Part shown: positions 10,015 to 17,779 of the stretch, one piece after another | Position numbering within the stretch: the first letter of the stretch is position 1 | Layout: the number at the start of each line of letters is the position of its first letter | Origin: Cyanobacteria bacterium auto_48_18 | GTDB taxonomy: Bacteria; Cyanobacteriota; Vampirovibrionia; Obscuribacterales; Obscuribacteraceae | Reading direction: 5' to 3' | Length of the DNA stretch: 64,000 bases | NCBI GenBank assembly: GCA_036170915.1 | Contig: JAVHQC010000017.1 | Location: 10,245-74,244, forward strand | Made by a program: the position numbers and the translations under genes | Notes under the pieces: model-generated | Database searches by the model: none | The model's input: the letters and a program-made list of their open reading frames with translations, nothing else | What the model was told of the DNA's origin: nothing

Positions 10015-10058
10015 CAATTGTAGCACAAGACGAGAAAAATGCTCGTCTTGTGTAAAAT
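10015..10058 (-). promoter_or_regulatory. Putative rloAB promoter with perfect 11-bp inverted repeat operator
   Basis: CACAAGACGAG (10024-10034) N7 CTCGTCTTGTG (10042-10052); on the minus strand it runs into an extended -10 TGcTACAAT about 70 bp upstream of the rloA ATG. Confidence 0.55.
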
Positions 10059-10138
10059 ATTCGCTTCGAGCTTTGTGTTCCAAGAGCATTTGGCAAGACC
10101 GACGCTCAAAACCGGTCCAGACATGTCTTGTTTGAGAA

Positions 10139-10277
10139 TCCCGACACTTTTCCCGACAATTTGTCGGGATTTGCGCCTCATTGAAGCCAAAAGCTTAAGT
10201 CCCGACACTTTCCCGACATTGTCGGCGGTTCTTGGCGGCACAATTTCCTGTTTGCGTCGATTTTCTCGCGCGAGAAA
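10139..10277. repeat. Cluster of TCCCGACA direct/inverted repeats plus a 16-bp palindrome
   Basis: CCCGACA at 10140, 10152, 10201 and 10212; inverted TGTCGG(G) at 10162 and 10220; block duplicated 61 bp apart; palindrome TTTCTCGCGCGAGAAA at 10262-10277. Confidence 0.85.
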
Positions 10278-10306
10278 TTGGGCACTTTCTGGAAAATGTA
10301 CAGGTG

Positions 10307-10900
10307 TCAATCGTAGGAACGTATCTCAGCAGTCGGCTGGGGTCCGGCTTCGATGATGGCAGCGATTGTTTCCAGTTCGACCGGTTCGAAGTTCCAGTTC
10401 TCGACGCTGACGTTGATCTGTCGTCCAGAGAGCTTCCACCGATTGTGAACGTGTCCATGAATCAACCAGCCTCCAGTGTCGACAGGACGCTGACCATAGT
10501 ACTTCTGCATTGGCTCCTTTTCTGCGCGATATGGAAAGTGGTGCAAGAGGACGATCTCTCCAGCAATCTCCATGTGTGTTTCGATCTGCACCGAATCGAA
10601 TCCGGCATCGATATAGGCCTGCAGCCATTTGTTTGGGCTGCCGATCTTCGGATGACAACGATCGTGGTTCCCTGCTATGAGAAGCTTCTTTCCGTTCAAT
10701 TGAGGCAAAATGTCTGCCACTAAATGTGGTTGCATCGCAAAGTCGCCCAGGTAATATACCGTGTCCTCCGGCGCTACAACTCCGTTCCACGAACCAATCA
10801 TGGAGGCGTTCATGTGAGCGACCGAGTTAAACGGGCGTTCAGTGTATTTGATGATGTTAGCGTGTCCGAAATGATGATCGGATGTAAACCAAATAGCCAT
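10307..10900 (-). CDS. Calcineurin-like metallophosphoesterase (phage-associated type)
   Basis: Motifs SDHHFGH, LGDF, AGNHD, HHFPY, HGHVH; ATG at 10900 with GAGGA RBS. Confidence 0.88.
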   Translation of the reverse strand: MAIWFTSDHHFGHANIIKYTERPFNSVAHMNASMIGSWNGVVAPEDTVYYLGDFAMQPHLVADILPQLNGKKLLIAGNHDRCHPKIGSPNKWLQAYIDAGFDSVQIETHMEIAGEIVLLHHFPYRAEKEPMQKYYGQRPVDTGGWLIHGHVHNRWKLSGRQINVSVENWNFEPVELETIAAIIEAGPQPTAEIRSYD

Positions 10901-11185
10901 TTCTCTTCCTCTCAGCCGCGCGCAGATACGCAGGTTCTCGGCAGCGTCATCGGCAAAGTTGGAATCGAAAAATTTAGTCCAGTCATAATACACGACGACG
11001 CTACTCTCTAGCCTCTATTGGCTGGCAGCGCTTTGACGGTCGTTAATATAATCAGATGAACTTTCATAAGCCGTATCATATCATGCACTTTGATAGCGCG
11101 CTGACAGCACTCCCGCGTTTTCTTGCTGGCACCGTATCTGGTGTCATTGTCTCGGGCTTCATTGCCATTATGCTTGGAGCGCCAT

Positions 11186-11381
11186 GGGTAAGGCGAAAGG
11201 GTAAGGCGTCGCTGAGCATCGCGAACCGCCGCGGGTTAGGCAGTGGGTTAGGCGAGAGGGCGCCGGAGGTTGTCGCCGCGTTCTTAATTTCGCGATCCAC
11301 AAACAATAGACAAATCTCGTTGATAGTGGTTCTTCACACTCAACCAAACTGATCGCATTTTCGCTAGGCAAAGCGTTAGGC
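11186..11381. repeat. Three phased pairs of GGGTWAGGC-like repeats, candidate integrase arm-type or RDF sites
   Basis: GGGTAAGGCG at 11186 and 11199; GGGTTAGGC at 11233 and 11245; GCTAGGC/GTTAGGC at 11363 and 11375; 12-13 bp period within each pair. Confidence 0.7.
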
Positions 11382-11404
11382 GCAGCGTTTTGCCCTACCC
11401 CAAT

Positions 11405-11435
11405 AAAAAACCGGCACCTCTTTCGAAACTGCCGG
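11405..11435 (-). terminator. Rho-independent terminator downstream of the tRNA
   Basis: Minus strand CCGGCA-gtttcgaaagagg-TGCCGG followed by TTTTTT. Confidence 0.7.
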
Positions 11436-11452
11436 CCCTTCAAGCTTTTAAT

Positions 11453-11529
<77 letters not shown>

Positions 11530-11650
11530 GAGCTATCTTACACTGAGATGATGAGATAATTCGACCTGCCGCCTTAGAATTCTCTTGGCTAGGCTCCGCT
11601 TGGCATTAGGCGGAATGAGTAAAACCCAGACCAGTACAGGAATCTAAGCA

Positions 11651-12124
11651 ATGAAGGCAGTGTTACAGAGAGCTTCACGTGCGAGCGTCGTTGTCGACGG
11701 CGCCGTAGTCAGCCAGTTTGAGTCAAGCAACGATAGAGCCTGCGGTTTGCTGATTTTGCTTGGTGTGGAATTAGGTGACAGTGAGGCAGACAGCATCTAT
11801 CTGGCCACGAAAGCTGCCGACCTGCGCATATTTGATGATCAAGACGGCAAAATGAACCTTGCTCTGGCAGAAGCCGGCAGTCAGGTGATAGTAGTTTCAC
11901 AATTCACATTGCTGGCCGACTGGAAGAAAGGCAGGCGTCCTGGCTTTCAACAGGCGGCTCCACCGGCTGAAGGCGAACGGCTCTATCTGCATTTCTGCGA
12001 GCAATTGCGGCAGAAGAATCTCACAGTGGGCACAGGAGTATTCGGCGCGCACATGGCTGTGAGCCTGGTTAATGATGGTCCGGTGACTATTTTGCTCGAA
12101 GCCCGCCAGGGTAAACCGGTCTAA
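11651..12124 (+). CDS. dtd: D-aminoacyl-tRNA deacylase
   Basis: MKAVLQR start; SQFTL, KGRRP and NDGPVT motifs. Confidence 0.97.
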   Translation: MKAVLQRASRASVVVDGAVVSQFESSNDRACGLLILLGVELGDSEADSIYLATKAADLRIFDDQDGKMNLALAEAGSQVIVVSQFTLLADWKKGRRPGFQQAAPPAEGERLYLHFCEQLRQKNLTVGTGVFGAHMAVSLVNDGPVTILLEARQGKPV

Positions 12125-12140
12125 GTATATTCGTCCCTGT

Positions 12141-12851
12141 TTAAACGCTTGAATGCAGTTTTTTGTCTGAAAGCACGGTGGCTAGTTTTTTGCGCAGTGC
12201 TTTCTGCACCAGGTCAACCGGGTCGTCAGCGGCGATGGTCTGAAATTTAAATTCGTCTGCCATGCGCTCGTATTCGAACAATATTTGCGATTGATAAAGT
12301 TTGAAAGATTGATACAGATCGGTAGACATGCCGATGTCTCGGCCTGATTCGTAAAAATCAAGGCCACCGCGGGTGGTGATGATGCGACGTAGCAATGGCT
12401 CCAGCGGCATTTGAAAATAAATCACTAAATCAGGATCTGGGGCGAATTTATAAAGCTCGCGCACCCAGTCGGCATCAGCTCCGCGCACTACGTCACGTGC
12501 TAAAGCGGTGTAAAAATAACGGTCGGCAATAACTATGTGGCCTGCTTTCAGGGCCGGAATAATGCCATTGTGCAGACGGTCAGCTAAATCAGTGGCATAG
12601 AGAAGAGAAAAAGTAATAGTGTTGAGAGCATTTTTCTCTTTAGCTTTATCAATCACTCGCGACATTAATAGTGACGATTTCCACTCACTGCGAGTGACAC
12701 CGTAGCCTTCCACGTTGAGCCAGTTCTGCAATAGTTCTGCCTGAGTAGAGCGGCCGACACCATCTGTTCCTTCCAGCACAATCAATTTGCCTGGATAATC
12801 GTGTTGCGGCTTTTTGCCGCTGATGACGCTGGTTTCGTTTCTCTCCATCAT
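12141..12851 (-). CDS. Thymidylate kinase-like protein, copy with atypical P-loop (GRST)
   Basis: LEGTDGVGRSTQ, ADRY motif; paralogous to the adjacent gene. Confidence 0.85.
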   Translation of the reverse strand: MMERNETSVISGKKPQHDYPGKLIVLEGTDGVGRSTQAELLQNWLNVEGYGVTRSEWKSSLLMSRVIDKAKEKNALNTITFSLLYATDLADRLHNGIIPALKAGHIVIADRYFYTALARDVVRGADADWVRELYKFAPDPDLVIYFQMPLEPLLRRIITTRGGLDFYESGRDIGMSTDLYQSFKLYQSQILFEYERMADEFKFQTIAADDPVDLVQKALRKKLATVLSDKKLHSSV

Positions 12852-12862
12852 TTATTTTGGCC

Positions 12863-13519
12863 TCAAACGTCCATCAATTTTGTTGCGATTTCTCTAAACA
12901 TCATTTGCTGTTCGTGAATAGGCTTGATGGCAGGCATAGTGTGGAAGCCGAATTCACCTACCATTTTGTCGTATTCTTGAATGATGCGAGATTGAAAAAT
13001 TTGAAACGATTCCATTGGGTCGGTCGATAGGCCTACATCCATTCCTGCCTCGTAGTAGCCTGGCATGCGACTATTGGCGATGCGCGCTAGCGAAATTTCC
13101 ACCGGCACCTGAAAGTAAAAAGCGCCGTCCGGGCGAATGGCAAATCCGTAAAGGCTGCGCACCCACTCACTGTCGACGCCGCGTGCAACGTCGCGCGCGA
13201 ATGCTGTGTAGCAGTAGCGATCGGCCAGAACAATGAGACCAGCTTTAAGCGCTGGGATAATAATATTTTCTAGTCTGTCGGCAAAATCGGTGGCGTGTAA
13301 GAGGCTAAAAGTGGCCGGAATCAATGAGTTAGAACGCTTAGCTTGTTTGATAGTTTTGGAGATTAGAACCGATGAATTCCATTCGGTAAAAATTACACTT
13401 TTGCCCCGGGCCTCAAGCCAGTTGCGCAAAAGGTCAAGTTGCGTTGATTTGCCGGAGCCGTCCACCCCTTCTACTACAAAGAGTTTGCCTGGAAATTCAT
13501 GGTGGTTGTGAAGGCGCAT
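12863..13519 (-). CDS. Thymidylate kinase-like protein
   Basis: VEGVDGSGKSTQ, ADRY motif. Confidence 0.85.
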   Translation of the reverse strand: MRLHNHHEFPGKLFVVEGVDGSGKSTQLDLLRNWLEARGKSVIFTEWNSSVLISKTIKQAKRSNSLIPATFSLLHATDFADRLENIIIPALKAGLIVLADRYCYTAFARDVARGVDSEWVRSLYGFAIRPDGAFYFQVPVEISLARIANSRMPGYYEAGMDVGLSTDPMESFQIFQSRIIQEYDKMVGEFGFHTMPAIKPIHEQQMMFREIATKLMDV

Positions 13520-13663
13520 GAAATTGCTCTTGCTGAGTGCTCACCAGTGCTTGCTGCGGTCACGCCTGCGTATGTGATCTATTTCACAGTGGCAGCGGCA
13601 ATCCTCGCTATTATATAGGCGCTTCTGCGTTTTTATCTGATTAGGAACTAGTTAGGATTCGCT

Positions 13664-15277
13664 ATGAAAAGTCGGCTCAATTTAAAATCAAATGCAATCT
13701 TTGGCTCAGCCAGAGCACGTGCCGCCATGTTGGCGCTTTCGTTGACGGTTGGAGTCAGCGGTCAAGTTAGCTGCGGGCAAGGCGCCTGGGCATTAAATCT
13801 GAAAATACCCACTTTTGGTCGCAAGTCCGAAAAGGCTGATGCCGCTAAGGCTGACACAGCCAAGGGTGACACAGCTAAGTCCGACACAGCGAAAACTGAC
13901 ACCGCCAAAACTGCTGCGGTAAAAGCCGCCCCGGCGGCCAAAACTGCTGCATCTCCTGCACCGGCGCCAGCTTCGGCTGCTACCCCTGCTCGCGGCAAAT
14001 TACATTTTGGTTTCGGTTTCGGCTTGGGTCGCAAAAAAGATGGCGCTGAAGCTGCACCTGAGCAGCCTGCCGCTGAAGCAAAAGTTACACCCACCGCCCC
14101 AAAATCTGATGCAAAAGCACAGCCCCAAGCTCAATCGCAACCCCAAGCTCAATCGCAACCCCAAGCTCAATCGCAACCCCAAGCTCAATCTGACGTAGAA
14201 GCCGACGAAACAACTGTGAAAGCTCCGCTGCCAGGTGGCGGCGCCGCCAGCGCTGAAGCCGCCCGCACCGAGCCGCCAGAGCCCATTGAGCGCGCTGATC
14301 GCCCTGCGCAAATAGATACCGCTGTTCCGGCCGCCGGCAGTAATCCTCTTCAACTTCCTAAGGCTGCAGCGCCTGATGCTGCTAGCGAAGTTTCAGAACC
14401 CGTAAAGGCAACAACAACAGCTCCACAGATGGCTCCTGATGAAGTCGACGAAGCCGAAGCTGCACCGGCCAAAGCTGAAAAGCCCAAAGCTAAAGCTCCC
14501 GCCAAGTCTGACGATGATCTTCAAGAATCAGCCAGTGCGGCTCCTGGCGAGCGAAAATTCAAATACACTCCGCGGCGCAAAGACGAAATCGATGATGCTG
14601 AAGAGATGGAAGAGAGCGAGTATCGAGATGAACAGGCGAAGAAAGCTAAAGAAGCGCAGTTGCGCGAACTGACAGCCCCGGCCATACCTGTACATTTGCG
14701 TGATCCTGAGCCACATTTGCAGCGGGCGCAAAGGCTGACCAAAATGGGTCGATTCAGCGAGGCTCTTAAAGAGATCAATATTGCCCTCGAATTGAAACCA
14801 ATGTATTGGGAAGCGCAGTATCAGGGCGCTCTGATTTATCAGGTTCAGGAGCGCAATAAAGAGGCTATTGAGCGCTACAAATATTTAGTCGACAGACGGC
14901 CTGACTACACTGAAGCCTACATCAATTTGGGTTCGGTGCTGAGTAAAGAAAACAGATATGTGGAAGCTGAAGAAGCTTATCGTAAGGCCATTGAGCTTTA
15001 CTTCAATTCGATGTCGGCTCACTATAACCTGGCTAATTTGCTGATCAAGCAGAATAAAACCAATGAAGCTTTGAAAGAGCTAAAAATTTGCGTCAAGTTA
15101 AAGCCTCAAAATGCCTGGGTGCATAATAACCTTGGTGTAATTTATCTCAAGCGCAATTATCTTGAGGAAGCCGAAGAAGAATTCACCAAAGCAAGCAATC
15201 TAGAGCCTGCCAACAAAGCATTCGCTTCTAATTTGCTGCTGGTTAAAAATAAAAGGCGCAAGCCGGTTCAAGCTTAG
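13664..15277 (+). CDS. Exported TPR-repeat protein with long Ala/Pro/Gln-rich N-terminal region
   Basis: Signal-like N-terminus; C-terminal TPRs (EAYINLG, AHYNLA, VHNNLG). Confidence 0.85.
   Translation: MKSRLNLKSNAIFGSARARAAMLALSLTVGVSGQVSCGQGAWALNLKIPTFGRKSEKADAAKADTAKGDTAKSDTAKTDTAKTAAVKAAPAAKTAASPAPAPASAATPARGKLHFGFGFGLGRKKDGAEAAPEQPAAEAKVTPTAPKSDAKAQPQAQSQPQAQSQPQAQSQPQAQSDVEADETTVKAPLPGGGAASAEAARTEPPEPIERADRPAQIDTAVPAAGSNPLQLPKAAAPDAASEVSEPVKATTTAPQMAPDEVDEAEAAPAKAEKPKAKAPAKSDDDLQESASAAPGERKFKYTPRRKDEIDDAEEMEESEYRDEQAKKAKEAQLRELTAPAIPVHLRDPEPHLQRAQRLTKMGRFSEALKEINIALELKPMYWEAQYQGALIYQVQERNKEAIERYKYLVDRRPDYTEAYINLGSVLSKENRYVEAEEAYRKAIELYFNSMSAHYNLANLLIKQNKTNEALKELKICVKLKPQNAWVHNNLGVIYLKRNYLEEAEEEFTKASNLEPANKAFASNLLLVKNKRRKPVQA
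14123..14190 (+). repeat. 18-bp tandem repeat (CCCCAAGCTCAATCGCAA x3.8) encoding QPQAQS
   Basis: Identical units start at 14123, 14141, 14159 and 14177. Confidence 0.95.
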
Positions 15278-15290
15278 AACGTCTCACGAT

Positions 15291-16205
15291 CTAGTTGATT
15301 TGCACGCCTAGATCGTTGGTCAATTGCACTTCCAGTTCTTGTCCGGGCGCGAGGCTAACATTGTCGCCTGAGCGGAAAATGGCAATCGCTGAGCCACCAA
15401 TGGCAGTGGCAATGGCTGGTGCTCCGAGTGTGGCAACGTTGGCAGCAATCAATGCACCTCGGGCGGTGCCGGTAGACGACATGCCGGTGACAGCTCGTAC
15501 GCCGCCTTCCACTCTGGTACCAAAATTGGTGCCGGGGTCTAGTTGGCCTTTCTGGTTGGTCAATCCCTTTTGAAATTCTAGAGCGGCGTCAAGCGGAATT
15601 ACTTCGCCTGCCGGAGTAACAATTTGCTCCAGACGCAGACCAATTTTTGCCGCGCGGCTGAGAAGTCTGGGTTTAGTTACTTCGAAGACCCTGCCTCTAA
15701 CCAGTGTGCCTTTAGCCAGCAACAAGCTGGTGCCGTAAAACAAATCGTCTTTGACGTGGGCTTCAAAAAGGTCGCCGGGGTTGCTGGCTTTAGCGTCGAC
15801 AAAAGTTTCAAGTACCAGCTTTAGCCTGGTTTGCACAGGCAGAGATGCCGAAGAGGCATCAGCGCGCAGTGCTGTGCCGGAACTGCCAGTGCTCGCATAA
15901 TCAGAGGGAGCGGCAATTCGTGTAGACGACGAGGAAGAGCGGCTGGGTGCCACTGCCGGGGTGTTGGACGGAAAATCAGGTACGTTTTTCGGGTCCATGG
16001 TCTCTATACGACTCATGGTCGCCGACGGCGCGTAGCGCGGTTGGGTAGAATCAGGCTTGGCAAAGGCGGGCATGGCGATTATGATCGTACAGGCAGTAAT
16101 CGCTGCCTGGCGGGCGGCAGTTCTGCGTAAACTCTGTAAACCCGGTAAAACCTGTGAATTTTGGCAATTTCTGTTCAAAACAAAGGCTCCTCTGCTGTTC
16201 TGCAC
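15291..16205 (-). CDS. Exported protein with a TrbI/VirB10-like C-terminal beta domain
   Basis: Signal peptide ending PAFA; LPVQTRLKLVL...GDLFEAHV...KGTLVRGRV...LAPGQELEVQL pattern. Start codon uncertain. Confidence 0.6.
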   Translation of the reverse strand: MQNSRGAFVLNRNCQNSQVLPGLQSLRRTAARQAAITACTIIIAMPAFAKPDSTQPRYAPSATMSRIETMDPKNVPDFPSNTPAVAPSRSSSSSTRIAAPSDYASTGSSGTALRADASSASLPVQTRLKLVLETFVDAKASNPGDLFEAHVKDDLFYGTSLLLAKGTLVRGRVFEVTKPRLLSRAAKIGLRLEQIVTPAGEVIPLDAALEFQKGLTNQKGQLDPGTNFGTRVEGGVRAVTGMSSTGTARGALIAANVATLGAPAIATAIGGSAIAIFRSGDNVSLAPGQELEVQLTNDLGVQIN

Positions 16206-16436
16206 ATTGTAAACGAATCTCTTGCGACCATGGTCAAAAGCTGGTTTGTATGGCCCCTTCTGTAAACAACGACGGTTTTGGGCACAAAAAGATTCGCGGC
16301 CGGCAACAGGCTTCCTAATTTATGCGTCTAAATAGGTAGGCCTCCTACAAAGATTACTGATAATTATCCGCCGAATGTGGCAAGAGATATACAGAGCATT
16401 AAATGGTAGAGACGATCAAAAACTTGGAGACTGCTC

Positions 16437-16985
16437 ATGGAACATAGCTCAGCCGCTTGCGATTGCTGCGACCGCAAGACCATGAATGCCCAAATACGTG
16501 AGACCCTCGTTGCTTGTGAGAACGAAGTTATTGATGTTGCAAGAAAAGTGGTTAAGAGTGCCTCTGATCCATTTTCAGGGGTGATTAAATTTTTGGAAGG
16601 CCGTCCGGAGAACAGTTCTCTGCACGGATATCACGTCAACCGAGTGTTGATGGAAACCTTTGGCTCACGAGACGAGATTCCGGGTTTGATTAGAGCCATT
16701 GCTTCACACGTTCGCGAAGTAATTCGCCAGTCAAACGTGATCAGCATTATTAATGAGCATCCCACAGCAGAGCGCTGGGGCAATTTCATTATTAAACAGA
16801 AAGAAAAAATTCGCTTTGAAGTTGGCCGCGAAAAAGACTGCCTGGTTTTGAAAAACATTGCCGGACTGGTAGGTATCGAGCATGGCATCGAATGCCCACT
16901 TGAAAAAATACTGGTGCAAAACGGCAAGTTAGTGGTCACTCTTAATATGGGTTTCCTTCATCCGCAGAAGGTGCTCGATCTCTAA
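16437..16985 (+). CDS. Hypothetical protein
   Basis: GGAG RBS; 182-aa ORF in operon with GDPD; no recognised motif. Confidence 0.7.
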   Translation: MEHSSAACDCCDRKTMNAQIRETLVACENEVIDVARKVVKSASDPFSGVIKFLEGRPENSSLHGYHVNRVLMETFGSRDEIPGLIRAIASHVREVIRQSNVISIINEHPTAERWGNFIIKQKEKIRFEVGREKDCLVLKNIAGLVGIEHGIECPLEKILVQNGKLVVTLNMGFLHPQKVLDL

Positions 16986-17727
16986 GCCTGAAGACGTAAA
17001 GGTTATCGCCCATCGGGGCGGGCGACTCTGGGCGCCTGAGAACACCATGGTCGCTTTTCAAAAAAGCCTCGAGCTTGGTGTAGATATCGAGCTTGATGTT
17101 CAGCGCTGTGCCAGTGGCGAACTTGTTGTCATTCACGATGAAGATCTCGCGCGCACCACCAATGGTGTCGGTCAGGTCTCTGATATTAACTATGATGAAA
17201 TCAATAGATTAAGTGCTGGTCTCTGGTTTGACAGCGATTTTAGCAATGAGAAAGTGCCGTTGCTGAGCGATTTGCTCAATCTGGTTGATGGTCAGGTCAC
17301 CCTCAATATTGAAGTTAAAAATGCGCCGGTGGCTTACGACGATATTGAAGAAGAGCTGCTGACAATGCTTTCAGATTATGGTCATAACGACAAAATAATT
17401 GTCAGCTCTTTCGATCACTACGTCATTCAACGGCTGCGCTCTATGGATGCTTCCCTGCAATTGGCTCTGCTCCTCGATGGCGTGCTCATTGACATGGCTC
17501 AGTATGCGCAAAATCTTGGTGTCAATTACTTTCACCCATGCCTCGGTTCATGTCGGGCAGATATTGTCAAAGAGGCTCAAGCCGCTGGTCTAAGAGTTAA
17601 TGTCTGGAATGCAAATGGACGACGTGCCTGGTCACAAGCTATAAGAATGGGTGTTGACGGCATTGTTACTGATGACCCTGCTGGTCTCATGGTCTTGCTT
17701 GGCCGCGCGGTCTTAGTAGAAGACTAG
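16978..17727 (+). CDS. Glycerophosphodiester phosphodiesterase (GDPD/UgpQ family), apparent ATC start
   Basis: In-frame extension upstream of ATG 17047 encodes SKPEDVKVIAHRGGRLWAPENT (catalytic HRG motif); IELDVQ, VIHD, NIEVK, SSFD, GVDGIVTD. Confidence 0.9.
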   Translation: MSKPEDVKVIAHRGGRLWAPENTMVAFQKSLELGVDIELDVQRCASGELVVIHDEDLARTTNGVGQVSDINYDEINRLSAGLWFDSDFSNEKVPLLSDLLNLVDGQVTLNIEVKNAPVAYDDIEEELLTMLSDYGHNDKIIVSSFDHYVIQRLRSMDASLQLALLLDGVLIDMAQYAQNLGVNYFHPCLGSCRADIVKEAQAAGLRVNVWNANGRRAWSQAIRMGVDGIVTDDPAGLMVLLGRAVLVED

Positions 17728-17779
17728 AGGAATAAAAGACTAGCGGAATAAGTCGATTAATTGGCATGAGCAAAAGCTC

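Larger units (their letters stand above)
1..11452. mobile_element. Right-hand end of a putative integrative conjugative/mobilisable element inserted at the 3' end of tRNA-fMet; left end lies outside the window
   Basis: VirD4-type coupling protein and defence-type cargo lie immediately downstream of a tRNA 3' end, with phased repeat pairs next to the tRNA and housekeeping genes (dtd) starting on the other side. No integrase or second att copy is in the window. Confidence 0.65.

Noticed and set aside
9951..10310. 120-aa N-terminal extension of the rloA ORF in the ORF track
   Set aside because: It runs through the palindrome/repeat region; the family-typical start MLISF with an RBS is at 9950.
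10901..10993. N-terminal extension of the phosphoesterase ORF
   Set aside because: A good RBS and ATG at 10900 directly precede the first conserved motif.
10139..11381. Repeat clusters as a CRISPR array
   Set aside because: Repeats are only 7-10 bp with irregular spacing, no unique 30-40 bp spacers, and no cas genes.
11056..11443. Short overlapping ORFs (98, 76 and 91 aa) next to the tRNA
   Set aside because: No recognisable motifs or RBS, and they overlap the phased repeat cluster; more likely non-coding att sequence.
1..11452. Second copy of the tRNA 3' end (att duplication) or an integrase
   Set aside because: Not found by eye in this window; presumably beyond the left edge, so the element boundary remains inferred.
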